Assembly: GCA_048886685.1 (NCBI GenBank)
Contig: JBHLKM010000008.1
Location: forward strand, 64,001 to 128,000
Reading direction: 5' to 3'
Origin: Candidatus Hodarchaeota archaeon
GTDB taxonomy: Archaea; Asgardarchaeota; Lokiarchaeia; Sigyniarchaeales; SOKP01
Length of the DNA stretch: 64,000 bases
The notes under the pieces are model-generated. The model saw nothing but the letters and a program-made list of their open reading frames with translations, was not told the DNA's origin and searched no databases. The translations under genes were made by a program, and so were the position numbers. This document shows positions 19,170-29,403 of the stretch, one piece after another; position 1 is the first letter of the stretch; every line of letters starts with the position of its first letter.

Positions 19170-20006
19170 TTATTTACCTTGAAATTTAGGAGTTCTCTTT
19201 TGTAAGAAGGCACTAACTCCTTCAATGACGTCTTTCGATGTAGTATTCAAAGCATACCCCCAGTGTTCAAATTGTAATCCTACATTTAGAGGAACTTGAG
19301 TTCCATATTGAACGCATTTTTTTATGACAAATAACGCATTTGTAGGGGCGTTTCCTAACCAAGAAGCTTTTTCATGGACAAATTCCTCAAATTTATCATC
19401 GTCTACCAAAAATGAAATGAAACCCCATTCATACATTTCACTGGCACTAAAATGCTCGCCAAAATACATCATCCTGTTAACTCTTGTTTTGCCTATTTGC
19501 CTAATCATGCGTTGAGTCCCCCCATTACCAGGAAAGATCCCTCTCTTAATTTCAGGAAATCCAAATTCTGATCTTTTTGATGCAATAACTATATCACAGA
19601 CTAATACTAATTCTAAACCTCCTCCTAAAGCATATCCATCAACAGCAGCTATTAATGGTTTTGGGAATTCTTCAATTAAATCATAGGATTTGTGTCTTAA
19701 ATACATTGCATGGCTACGATGCCTGATATTTTCAGGATCAAGTCGAGAATCTCCTCGAGCTGCAAGATCAGCACCAGCAGAGAATGCAGGTTTTTTAGTA
19801 TATTCTTTAACTCCACGTAAAACCACACAGCGAACACTTTGATCAATCTCTATCATCTCTAAAGCCTCAGCAATTTCTCTTAAGGTTTGGTTTTGAAGTG
19901 CATTTAATCTATCAGGTCGAATTATTGATATAACAGCATAATTGCCTTCTTCAACTTTTTCTATCTTTACATGTTCAAACTTTTTTTCTGACATATTTTT
20001 AACCAT
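19170..20006 (-). CDS. Enoyl-CoA hydratase/isomerase
   Basis: FSAGADL, GYALGGGLEL, FPEIKRGIFPGNGGTQR. Confidence 0.93.
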   Translation of the reverse strand: MVKNMSEKKFEHVKIEKVEEGNYAVISIIRPDRLNALQNQTLREIAEALEMIEIDQSVRCVVLRGVKEYTKKPAFSAGADLAARGDSRLDPENIRHRSHAMYLRHKSYDLIEEFPKPLIAAVDGYALGGGLELVLVCDIVIASKRSEFGFPEIKRGIFPGNGGTQRMIRQIGKTRVNRMMYFGEHFSASEMYEWGFISFLVDDDKFEEFVHEKASWLGNAPTNALFVIKKCVQYGTQVPLNVGLQFEHWGYALNTTSKDVIEGVSAFLQKRTPKFQGK

Positions 20007-20114
20007 TTATTCACGTAATTCATGATTGTTTAGTGTATTAATTAAGGAATTATTATGAAAAAGAGTTACTAAAAATAGAAAAAAAAAGAAGAAAATTATA
20101 AATTTTGGAGAGAT

Positions 20115-21608
20115 TTAAAGAATACCATCCCACACTACTCTTTCATTTCCGTATGGGTCTTTTTCAATTGTGACCTGCTTATCAAAGAGTATTGTAGCTC
20201 TATTTTCTTTATCATAAGGAAGCAATTCTGGAATATTCTCATGATTTGGGTTGCCTGAACGAGCAAATGCAATCCAAGCATCCATCATTTGTTCTGATAA
20301 TCTCTGGGTTTCTTCTGTTTTGCGGGGAAATATACCTACATCCCTATCGAGTAAAAGATTGAATACAAAAGGAAGATCAAGAGCATGCATTGCTCCATAT
20401 TTTCCTCCACCTAAAGGACTCTGCCAGGTGAAAAGATACATATATGTGTTCTTTTGATATTTGGACTGTTCTTCAGCAAGGCGAATAGAAGGGATCCGAA
20501 ACGTATAATCTGCTAATATCGCATCCACGATATCTCTTGGGGTTTTTCTTAATTCTCGATATCCTTCTATTATCTCCTTAGCTTTACTTTCCTTCTGTTT
20601 TGTGATTCGCATAATTTCATTTACAGTCTTATTTAATCGTTCTTCTGTAAGTTCGAAAGCCTTTGGGTTCTGCATTACAAATATTTTATTTTCATCCAAA
20701 TTCGATCCTATGAATACATCGATATCTTTTGCAAATCCCTTAGAAATAGCATTTAATGGGTGATCTGGTAAAGTTTTTTTATCTACAACTGGTCCCACTC
20801 TTAATCCACGTGCTCGAAATCCAGTTCTATCAATCGGTGGAGCAATAAATTTCTCGGCTGGAAGTTCACGTAAGGCCTTTATATCTCCTTTTTTAATACC
20901 TAATTCTTGAATTAATTCTTCATAAACTTCAATCGCAGAGACAGGATTAAAACCGTATTTATTTGCAGCTCCAGATTGGAGGATTGCTCTATGAAACAAA
21001 CCTTTAGCTGAAGGCATAGCAAGTAAGGCTGCAACTGCTACACTCCCCGCAGATTCCCCAAAAATAGTGACGTTTTTAGGATCTCCTCCAAACTTTGAGA
21101 TATTTTTTTTTACCCATTCAAGTGCTGCAATCATATCAAGTAGTCCCACATTAGCAGTCGTATCATGCATATCTGGCATATAGAAAAAACCTAGATATCC
21201 AAGACGATAATTAATACTAACTACAACCACGTTCCCCCTAAGAACTAACCGCGCTCCATCATAAATAACAGCACTTCCTGTGATGAATCCTCCTCCATGG
21301 ATCCAAAACATAACGGGTTTATTACCATTATCTAAGCCTTGGGTCCATATATTTAAAGTTAAACATTCAGCTTCACTCTGAGGCCTAGGTTCTCCGAATT
21401 CGAGGTTTGAGGGGGGCTGAATTGAAACAGGGCTATATTGGGTTGCATCAAGCACATCACTCCAAGGTTCAACTGGAGCTGGAGGTTTAAAACGTAGATT
21501 TCCGACAGGGGGTGCTGCATAAGGGATCCCTTTGAATTTAATGACCCCTCTTCTACTATATCCCCTTATCTTTCCATGTGTTGTTTCTACTATATTATTT
21601 TCTTCCAT
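20115..21608 (-). CDS. Type-B carboxylesterase
   Basis: GIPYAAPPVGNLRF, WIHGGGF, FGESAG, GAMHALD. Confidence 0.95.
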   Translation of the reverse strand: MEENNIVETTHGKIRGYSRRGVIKFKGIPYAAPPVGNLRFKPPAPVEPWSDVLDATQYSPVSIQPPSNLEFGEPRPQSEAECLTLNIWTQGLDNGNKPVMFWIHGGGFITGSAVIYDGARLVLRGNVVVVSINYRLGYLGFFYMPDMHDTTANVGLLDMIAALEWVKKNISKFGGDPKNVTIFGESAGSVAVAALLAMPSAKGLFHRAILQSGAANKYGFNPVSAIEVYEELIQELGIKKGDIKALRELPAEKFIAPPIDRTGFRARGLRVGPVVDKKTLPDHPLNAISKGFAKDIDVFIGSNLDENKIFVMQNPKAFELTEERLNKTVNEIMRITKQKESKAKEIIEGYRELRKTPRDIVDAILADYTFRIPSIRLAEEQSKYQKNTYMYLFTWQSPLGGGKYGAMHALDLPFVFNLLLDRDVGIFPRKTEETQRLSEQMMDAWIAFARSGNPNHENIPELLPYDKENRATILFDKQVTIEKDPYGNERVVWDGIL

Positions 21609-21661
21609 TTAAAACAACTTGATTTACTTTCTATTTTTTTTGCTTATTAAAATTAAGTATC

Positions 21662-23161
21662 CTATAAAATATCTTCCCAAACAATCCTCTCATCTCCATA
21701 AGGATCATTTTGAATAGTAACATTCTTGTCAAAAATTATTGTAGATCTTTTTTCTAAATCATAGGGAGGTAATTTAGGGATATTCTCATGATTTGGGTTC
21801 CCGGTACGGGCGAATGCAATCCAAGCGTCCATCATTTTTCTAGATAACTCTTGGGTTTCTTCAGTTTTGCGTGCAAATATTCCTACATCTCTATCTAATT
21901 GAATTCCAAACACAAATGAGAGATCAAGAGCGTGCATTGCACCGTATTTTCCTCCATCCAAAGGAGTTTTCCAAGAAAATAAATACATAAATGTATTCGG
22001 TTGGTGTTGGGATTGGGCTTCAGCAAGGCGAATACAGGGAATCCGAAAACTATAATCAGTATCAATAGCATCAAAAATGTCATTTGGATTTTGTCTTGTT
22101 TTGCTATATATTTCAATTAATTCTTTAGATTTGCTCTCAACCTGATTTACATTTCGCATTATAGCATTTACTCTTTTCCTTAATCCTTCCTCTGTAAGAT
22201 TACTTTCTTCAGGAGTAAGCAGCGACCATAATTTAGTTTCATCTAAGTTTGAACCAACAAATAAGTCTATATCCTTAGCAAAACCGTTTCTAACAGCTTC
22301 GAGAGGGTGTTCAGGCAACGTTTTACTATCAGCCACAGGGCTAAAATTCTCAGTTCTGCGTCGTACTCTATCAAAACTAGTTAATTCTTTAAGAATTCGT
22401 TCAAAAGGAATATTTCTCAATGATTTAATATCTCCCTTTTTCAATCCTAAGTTCTTAATTAAAACTTCGTAAGCCTTTATCCCGGTTGTGGGATTACAAT
22501 TATATTTGGTTACATAATCAGATTGTAAAATAGCTCTTTTAAACAATCCTTTTGCAGCTGGCATTGTAAGCAAACAAGCTACAGCGAACGCTCCTGCGGA
22601 TTCGCCAAAAATAGTAATATTTTCAGGATTCCCTCCAAAAAAAGCAATGTTATCTCGCACCCATTTGAGTGCAGTAACCATATCAAGCAAACCCACATTC
22701 GCAGTCGCATCTGCTACATCCGGCATATAAAGAAAACCAAAAGGTCCAAGACGGTAATTGATACTTACAACTACTACATCACCCCTAAGAACTAAACGTG
22801 AACCATCCAAAGCTCGTCCACTACCAGTTAAAAAGGCACCGCCATGAATAAAAAACATAACTGGACGTTTGCCATCGTTTAGTTTTTGTGTCCATACGTT
22901 CAAGGTTAAAGAATCAGCTTCACTCTGAGGTAATGGGTCTGCAAACATATTTTCAAGTCCAGATGGAGGTTGAGGAAAAACGGGACTATAATTTGTTGCA
23001 TCATATATATCATCCCAGGGGTCAACTGGGACTGGTGGTTTGAAACGCAAATTACCAATTGGTGGTTTAGCATATGGAATCCCCTTAAATTTTATTACAC
23101 CTCTATTTTCATATCCTTGAATTTTACCTTTTGTAGTATTTATAATATATTTTTCTTCCAT
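21662..23161 (-). CDS. Type-B carboxylesterase (tandem paralog)
   Basis: GIPYAKPPIGNLRF, FIHGGAF, FGESAG, GAMHALD. Confidence 0.95.
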   Translation of the reverse strand: MEEKYIINTTKGKIQGYENRGVIKFKGIPYAKPPIGNLRFKPPVPVDPWDDIYDATNYSPVFPQPPSGLENMFADPLPQSEADSLTLNVWTQKLNDGKRPVMFFIHGGAFLTGSGRALDGSRLVLRGDVVVVSINYRLGPFGFLYMPDVADATANVGLLDMVTALKWVRDNIAFFGGNPENITIFGESAGAFAVACLLTMPAAKGLFKRAILQSDYVTKYNCNPTTGIKAYEVLIKNLGLKKGDIKSLRNIPFERILKELTSFDRVRRRTENFSPVADSKTLPEHPLEAVRNGFAKDIDLFVGSNLDETKLWSLLTPEESNLTEEGLRKRVNAIMRNVNQVESKSKELIEIYSKTRQNPNDIFDAIDTDYSFRIPCIRLAEAQSQHQPNTFMYLFSWKTPLDGGKYGAMHALDLSFVFGIQLDRDVGIFARKTEETQELSRKMMDAWIAFARTGNPNHENIPKLPPYDLEKRSTIIFDKNVTIQNDPYGDERIVWEDIL

Positions 23162-23342
23162 TTAACACAGCTTTAAAAATGAATTTGTTTTACATATTCT
23201 ATTAACTTTAAATTTATTCCTTCCATAATAAAATCTTTTATTATTTTACTCAAATTTGTGTATTTTTCCTAATCTTACTTGTTCTAAACTCCTAGAAGAA
23301 ATAGCAATAGGTTTAATTCGAGCAATTGAATTAATTGACAAG

Positions 23343-24281
23343 TTACAATCCTATTAATTCTGCAATAGCTATTCCAGATTCACCCGCTATAGAATACAAT
23401 AAGAATGTTTTATCATTTTCTTCAAAAATTGCCGGATCACGTAATTGACAAACAGGTTCATTAATGGGTCCTCGAAAAGAGGGTTCGATTGGTAATTTTG
23501 CTCCTTCCCATTCTGTTTCTGGACGAAATATTTCAATTGGAGGACTTGCTTTCCATTTTAACCAATCATTTGAAAGATCAATTGTAGATAATAAAATTCT
23601 TTCAGGGGAATCACGCACTTGGGTCCAGAACACTTGTAGTTTATTTTTATACACTCTTAAAGCTGAATGACGCATATTTCTATTGAAAAGGATTGGACCT
23701 CTTTCAAAATTATCTAACCCGTTTAAGGACCTGTAGAATATTCCTGGCATACACATCCCATAATAATAATCATCGAACCTAAAAACTCGCAAATAAGAAT
23801 ATGAAATAATTTGTGGTTCTGCTTTAAAATGAATACCATCCTTAGAAAGTGCTATACGAGTCATTTGAGATCCATCTCTCTGCAAACCATGATAATACAT
23901 TCGGATCTCTTTTGTCTCATGATAAACATGGACATCGGGAGAAGCTATATGTGGTTTTGTTTCATCAGATCCATGCTTAACAGCACCTTTAGCATAATTA
24001 GGTACTTGAATTGAAGGTTTTGTAGGAAATAATGATTCTTCCAGTTGAAGTGTTCCATTTTTAAATATCTGCCAAGGACCTTCGATATTATCAGAATAAG
24101 CTAAATAAATGTAAGAACCTTTATGACTCGCAAAATAAAGGTAGTATCGTCCAAGCGGATTTTTAATCCATTCAGGTACGCGAATTAACGAAGGACCATT
24201 TATATTGCGATCTAGGCTGTCATCCATCTCAGGGTAAATAATTGGGTTATTTTTTAAACGAGTTACTTTAAAATTTGGCAC
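23343..24281 (-). CDS. Five-bladed beta-propeller glycoside-hydrolase-like protein
   Basis: NPII, NINGPSLI, YYLYFA.H.G, HIASPDV, LRDPAIF, LLYSIAGE. Confidence 0.7.
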   Translation of the reverse strand: MPNFKVTRLKNNPIIYPEMDDSLDRNINGPSLIRVPEWIKNPLGRYYLYFASHKGSYIYLAYSDNIEGPWQIFKNGTLQLEESLFPTKPSIQVPNYAKGAVKHGSDETKPHIASPDVHVYHETKEIRMYYHGLQRDGSQMTRIALSKDGIHFKAEPQIISYSYLRVFRFDDYYYGMCMPGIFYRSLNGLDNFERGPILFNRNMRHSALRVYKNKLQVFWTQVRDSPERILLSTIDLSNDWLKWKASPPIEIFRPETEWEGAKLPIEPSFRGPINEPVCQLRDPAIFEENDKTFLLYSIAGESGIAIAELIGL

Positions 24282-24422
24282 TAATAAGAATTTGTTTTAC
24301 ATTCAATATTAACTTTAGATTTATTCCCTCTATAATCGGATCTAAAATATTACTCTAATATATAAGAAATTAAAAAATAATAAATAAACTTGAAACGTAG
24401 AATTCATTAGAAACAAAAAAAT

Positions 24423-26390
24423 ATGAAAATTATGAAAAAAGATAAAAAAGTAATCGTTGTCGGTATGGACGCTCTTATGTTTCCACTTATGCGAACATTT
24501 GTCGATGAAGGTATTATGCCCAATTTCAAGAGAATGATCAAAGAGGGGTGTAGTTGTGAAGCACTTCCATGCATACCGGCATGGACACCAACTAATTGGG
24601 CTACTATAGCCACTGGGGCCTATGTTGGTACTAGTGGCACTTTTCTTTGGAGTAATAATCTCCCCATAGATCCCTTAGATAAACTTGCTCAATGGACATT
24701 CGACTCTCGTGGAGTAACAGCAGAATATATATGGGAAGCAGCTGACAGGGCCGGTAAAAAGACCATGTGTGTTTCCTATCCCGGTGCCTGGCCACCACGT
24801 GTAAAAGACAGTTATGTCATTGCACCATTAGATAGAGGTGTAATATCTAAGGCATTGGATCCTGGTAGAGAATATACAACCGACTCAACTAGACCTAATG
24901 TAGGTAAAGTACAATGGAGAGAAGCAAGCGGTTGGATCGGAATATCAGCTAACTGTCTCGAGACAGAGATATCCATAGGTTCAGGGATTACCCCGAGTGG
25001 GTTAGGTTGGGGGAAGGTTATCGACGGTATAGTGAAAGGTCCAAATGCTGTAGTCCCAGGTATATTTGAAGCAGCAGCAATAAAGCAAATAAGTCTCAAC
25101 ATGCTGGCAATTGACTCCAAAGGTCAAGGATGTGATCGTATTCTCATCTGTAATAGTAAGGATGCTTCTCAACCACTGGTTGATATTGGTGTTGGTGAGT
25201 GGAGCAACTGGATCTTTCTGGATTTTCCATATAATGGCGGGCAAATCACTGGTTCTCTACGATTTAAATTGCTTTCTCTTGGTCCGGATGGACAAAATTT
25301 CAGACTATTGCGCTCCATGGTTTATCCTGCTACTAATTGGGCATATCCAGAATCTCTAGAAAAGGAGCTTATCAAAGAAATAGGACCATACATTGAGTTC
25401 CCTTCCATCCCGATAAGAATTGCTTTTGGGGGTTTTGGTTTTGATGCAAGTGATAAGGGAAAGCTAGATACTTTGTTGTTAGATGCTTTTATAGATGAAC
25501 TGCGAGAACAGGCTTTATGGCTCCCCCGTGCAGCGAAATTTGTTCAGGATAAATACGGATGGGATATATATTACCAACACTGGCACTTTCCTGATGCCTT
25601 GAATCATGGTTTACTTTCCGATTTTGATCCTTCCTCACCTTTCTACAAAAAAGACACTGATGATTATTGGAATGTAGCAAGAAAAGTGTATATGATTGCT
25701 GACGAACAACTTGGTGCTTTCCTAGACATGGCTGATGAAAATACTTATGTTATTATGGTTACAGACCACGGAGCTACGCCAGATTCTAAAGGTGTAGTAA
25801 ATATGTTTCAATTCCTCAAGGATAGCGGTTTTGCCATTTCAAAAGATGGTCAACTTGACTGGTCAAAAACTAAAGCGTTTTCACATGGCCTTTTAGGGGT
25901 AGAGATAAACCTTAAGGGCAGGAATCCACATGGTATCGTACCTCAAGAAGATTATGAAAAATTACAAGAAGAAATCATTGATGCACTTTACTCATGGAAA
26001 GACCCTGATACAGGCAAACGCCCGGTTGCTTTTGCTTTGAAGAAGAAGGATACCCAACTTATTGATTTATGGGGCCCGACAGCCGCAGATGTGGTTGTTC
26101 TCTTCAACGATGGATTTGCAATTGCCCCTACACAAAAAGGCAAAAGTACTGGTCCACCAAGAAACTACTCCGAACATTGGTGTAAGCTTCCAACTGATAG
26201 AACTGAGGTTAGTTCTAACCTAGCAATGTTCATGATCAAAGGACCCGGTATAAAAGCAGGCTATGAGCGTGATCCTGAAAGGTTAGGTCTCGTGCGCTTA
26301 GTAGATGTGGTACCCACTATTTGCCATTTACTAGGATTTAGACCGCCAAAGCATTGCCAGGGTGCAGTTCTCTGGGATATGATCGAATAG
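24423..26390 (+). CDS. Alkaline-phosphatase superfamily, type I phosphodiesterase/nucleotide pyrophosphatase
   Basis: VGMDAL, WTPTNWATIATG (Thr nucleophile), D..NH, TDHG, DVVPTI. Confidence 0.88.
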   Translation: MKIMKKDKKVIVVGMDALMFPLMRTFVDEGIMPNFKRMIKEGCSCEALPCIPAWTPTNWATIATGAYVGTSGTFLWSNNLPIDPLDKLAQWTFDSRGVTAEYIWEAADRAGKKTMCVSYPGAWPPRVKDSYVIAPLDRGVISKALDPGREYTTDSTRPNVGKVQWREASGWIGISANCLETEISIGSGITPSGLGWGKVIDGIVKGPNAVVPGIFEAAAIKQISLNMLAIDSKGQGCDRILICNSKDASQPLVDIGVGEWSNWIFLDFPYNGGQITGSLRFKLLSLGPDGQNFRLLRSMVYPATNWAYPESLEKELIKEIGPYIEFPSIPIRIAFGGFGFDASDKGKLDTLLLDAFIDELREQALWLPRAAKFVQDKYGWDIYYQHWHFPDALNHGLLSDFDPSSPFYKKDTDDYWNVARKVYMIADEQLGAFLDMADENTYVIMVTDHGATPDSKGVVNMFQFLKDSGFAISKDGQLDWSKTKAFSHGLLGVEINLKGRNPHGIVPQEDYEKLQEEIIDALYSWKDPDTGKRPVAFALKKKDTQLIDLWGPTAADVVVLFNDGFAIAPTQKGKSTGPPRNYSEHWCKLPTDRTEVSSNLAMFMIKGPGIKAGYERDPERLGLVRLVDVVPTICHLLGFRPPKHCQGAVLWDMIE

Positions 26391-26448
26391 ATGTAGTTAA
26401 TGACAAACAAGATGGAATAATTATTTAAATACTTTTTATTTCTTTTGA

Positions 26449-27003
26449 TTATTTTGATTTAAAGATGATAGAAGGTTTATATTGTTCATTAAATTGAAAT
26501 CCCTCAGCCTTCACATTTTTACCATATTTTTGTTGTAATTCTTCCATCGGTCCTACGTCTAAAGCATACATCGGACAAGATTCAACACAAATAGTTTGTT
26601 TACCTCTCTCTAATCTCTCTAAACAGAGATTGCACTTTCTCATTTTTGCATTTTTATTATCTTTAAATTGAGGAGCGTCCCAAGGACACACTTTTAAACA
26701 TTTTGCCCCACATTCACGTTTGCCTAAGCATAATTTTTCATCCATTACAACTATACCATCTTTATCTCTTTTTGATATTGCATTAACTGGACATGCTTTA
26801 ATGCATGGTGGGTTACCACAATGATTGCAAGCCATCGCGAGATAACTAAGAGATAGGTTTGGAAACTTTCCTTTTTCAATTGGAATTATACGCATCCAAT
26901 TTTCTGGTCCTGCTTCAATATCGTACCAGTCTTTACAAGCAACCGAGCAGGTATAACAACCAGTACATCTTGTTTGATCGAAATAAAATCCCAATTGTTT
27001 CAT
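26449..27003 (-). CDS. DmsB-like 4Fe-4S electron-transfer subunit
   Basis: FDQTRCTGCYTCSVACK, CNHCGNPPCIKACP, KCNLC...CVESCP; ATGA overlap with the upstream gene. Confidence 0.93.
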   Translation of the reverse strand: MKQLGFYFDQTRCTGCYTCSVACKDWYDIEAGPENWMRIIPIEKGKFPNLSLSYLAMACNHCGNPPCIKACPVNAISKRDKDGIVVMDEKLCLGKRECGAKCLKVCPWDAPQFKDNKNAKMRKCNLCLERLERGKQTICVESCPMYALDVGPMEELQQKYGKNVKAEGFQFNEQYKPSIIFKSK

Positions 27004-29297
27004 GACGCCCCCTCCGATTCTTTTTTAGAAAATAATTCCACTTGTACCAGAGCACTATTCATAGGAAAAGCACCACCAGGAGACCGTGAATCTTTGGTTA
27101 AAACATTTCCACAGCCTCCGAGGTCAACTCCTTTTTCATCAGGATTATACCATGCACCTTGATAAATAACAACTGCTCCAGGTATAACTCTTTCTGTAAC
27201 TTTCGCAGGAATCCTTACCCGACCCCTGTCATTAAAAATATCAACTAAATCCCCATATTCAATGCTTCTTGATTCAGCATCTATGGGATTTATCCATACC
27301 ATATGTGGTTCCACTTCCTCTAACCATGGAATCATACTTAAACTTGAATGGGTTCTCCTCTTATTATGAGGAGTCAGTAGTTGCAAAGGATATTTTTTGG
27401 CTAAAAAAGCATCATAATGTTCCTCATGACTTAAGTATTTAGGAATAGGAGGCATATTAGGGATGTCTAATTCTGCTATATGTTCACAATATATCTCAAT
27501 TTTTCCCGATAAGGTAGGGAAGGGATTATTCTCTGGATCTACTATTTGCTCTCTAAATGCAACAAAAGGTTCCTCCACTTTTACTTTATAAAATCCATCT
27601 CTTTTCATCTCATCATAACTCTTTATATCCTTACGAGGGGAACTAAACATGCGTAAAATTTGATCTTCTGATAAATTTAATAAACCAGGATCAACACCCA
27701 ATTTTGGTGCCAAAGCCTTACATATCTCTAAATCCGATTTTGAATCATATAGAGAACCAATTGCTTTATTTAAATAGATATAATAAGGGGATCCGAGCCA
27801 AGGTACAGCTATGTCATTACGTTCCATAAATGTATTTACTGGTAATAAAATGTCTGCAAACTTAGCAGTCGGAGTCATAAATTGTTCCAGAACTACAATG
27901 AACTCAAGAGACTTTAATGCTTTTACACCTTTATTAACATTGCAATATTGATTTAAACGATTTTCAGCGACAATGTACGCCATTTTTAAATCAGCGGGAA
28001 ATCCACCTTTTTTCCCTTGCAATATTGCATCATAGTATTCATTAAAATGAATACGAGTACTTACAGGATTAGTTCCTCCTCTCAATTTATATAGCGCATC
28101 TTTACGAGGAGGTGCCCTGAAGTCTACTGGATTTCCTCTAGGAGTTTGTTTCTTCTCCATTTCATTCTTTTCTTCTTGTTTTATAGGTCCTGATTTTTTC
28201 CTACCCGCTGAACCCACACTCTCTCTACTATAATATGCACGCATGAAACCGGAAGCATATCCGCCATTAATACCGATATTTCCAGTAATAGCGCATAACA
28301 CATTAGCAGCTCTGGAATATTGTTCTCCCAATGCGGTTCTAGCGGGACCCCATCCCGCCATAAGTGCAGCTGCCTTATTTGTAGCATACTCTCTTGCTAA
28401 GTTTATTATCATTTCTGCTGGTACTTTGGTAATCTCCTCCGCCCACTCTGGTGTTTTAGGAATCCCATCCTCATCTCCCATTATATAAGCCTTATATTTA
28501 TCAAATCCGACTGTGTATTTGTCAATGAAGTCCTGATCTTGAAGATTCTTAGTGATAATTACATATGCCATTGCACTAAGCATTGCAGCGTCAGTACCTG
28601 GTCGAATTGGTATCCATTGTTCTGCTAGAACAGCAGCAGAATCAGTAAAGATTGGATCGATATTTATAATTTTTATACCTTTTTCTCTCGCTTTCGCTAA
28701 CATTAAAGGTGTGCCTGGATCCCAAATAGTGCTAGCTGGATTCCAGCCCCACATGATGATGAGTTTAGAATTGAGTAAATCTTCACGAGCATTTCCAGTC
28801 ATCATGGTTCCATAAGTTGCCATAGACGCAAAGAGGGCCCCTTCATAGGAGGGTGCGCCCCACATTCGAGTGTATCCTCCAAATTGATTAAGCATTAAAC
28901 CTGAAGGTGTCACCCCATGGAGCATACCTTGATTTCCGGCACCGGGAACTAATAATATAGAAGAATTTCCATATTTCTCTTTAATTTCTTTCATTTTATT
29001 TGCTACTATATCCAATGCTTCATCCCATGATATTCTTTCAAATCTACCCTCACCACGTTCTCCAATACGACGCATGGGATATTTTAACCTATCTGGGTGA
29101 TAAACTTTTTGTCTGTATGCCCTTCCACGTAGACAAGCTCGTAATTGGGGTTCTTCCCCATTATCTGTTTCAAAACGTATTATCTTGCCGTCCTTAACAT
29201 GGGCTTTAAGAGTACAGCGACCTCCACAATCATGACAACAACCAGTATTAATTATTTTGATCTCGCTATCTTCTGATTTGATATTATTCTCACTCAT
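27000..29297 (-). CDS. DmsA-like molybdopterin (Mo/W-bisPGD) oxidoreductase catalytic subunit, no Tat signal
   Basis: CCHDCGGRC, RACLRG, RLKYPMRR, ISWDEA, PIRPGTD, FADILLP; Ser at the DmsA ligand position (WGAPSYEG). Confidence 0.93.
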   Translation of the reverse strand: MSENNIKSEDSEIKIINTGCCHDCGGRCTLKAHVKDGKIIRFETDNGEEPQLRACLRGRAYRQKVYHPDRLKYPMRRIGERGEGRFERISWDEALDIVANKMKEIKEKYGNSSILLVPGAGNQGMLHGVTPSGLMLNQFGGYTRMWGAPSYEGALFASMATYGTMMTGNAREDLLNSKLIIMWGWNPASTIWDPGTPLMLAKAREKGIKIINIDPIFTDSAAVLAEQWIPIRPGTDAAMLSAMAYVIITKNLQDQDFIDKYTVGFDKYKAYIMGDEDGIPKTPEWAEEITKVPAEMIINLAREYATNKAAALMAGWGPARTALGEQYSRAANVLCAITGNIGINGGYASGFMRAYYSRESVGSAGRKKSGPIKQEEKNEMEKKQTPRGNPVDFRAPPRKDALYKLRGGTNPVSTRIHFNEYYDAILQGKKGGFPADLKMAYIVAENRLNQYCNVNKGVKALKSLEFIVVLEQFMTPTAKFADILLPVNTFMERNDIAVPWLGSPYYIYLNKAIGSLYDSKSDLEICKALAPKLGVDPGLLNLSEDQILRMFSSPRKDIKSYDEMKRDGFYKVKVEEPFVAFREQIVDPENNPFPTLSGKIEIYCEHIAELDIPNMPPIPKYLSHEEHYDAFLAKKYPLQLLTPHNKRRTHSSLSMIPWLEEVEPHMVWINPIDAESRSIEYGDLVDIFNDRGRVRIPAKVTERVIPGAVVIYQGAWYNPDEKGVDLGGCGNVLTKDSRSPGGAFPMNSALVQVELFSKKESEGAS

Positions 29298-29403
29298 ATC
29301 TATTTCATTCTCTATAAAATATTAATTACACAAAAATTTGGTATTACTTTAATTGTTATCGAGAAATTTTAAAAACAAATTTTATAATTACTTTATAACA
29401 TTT

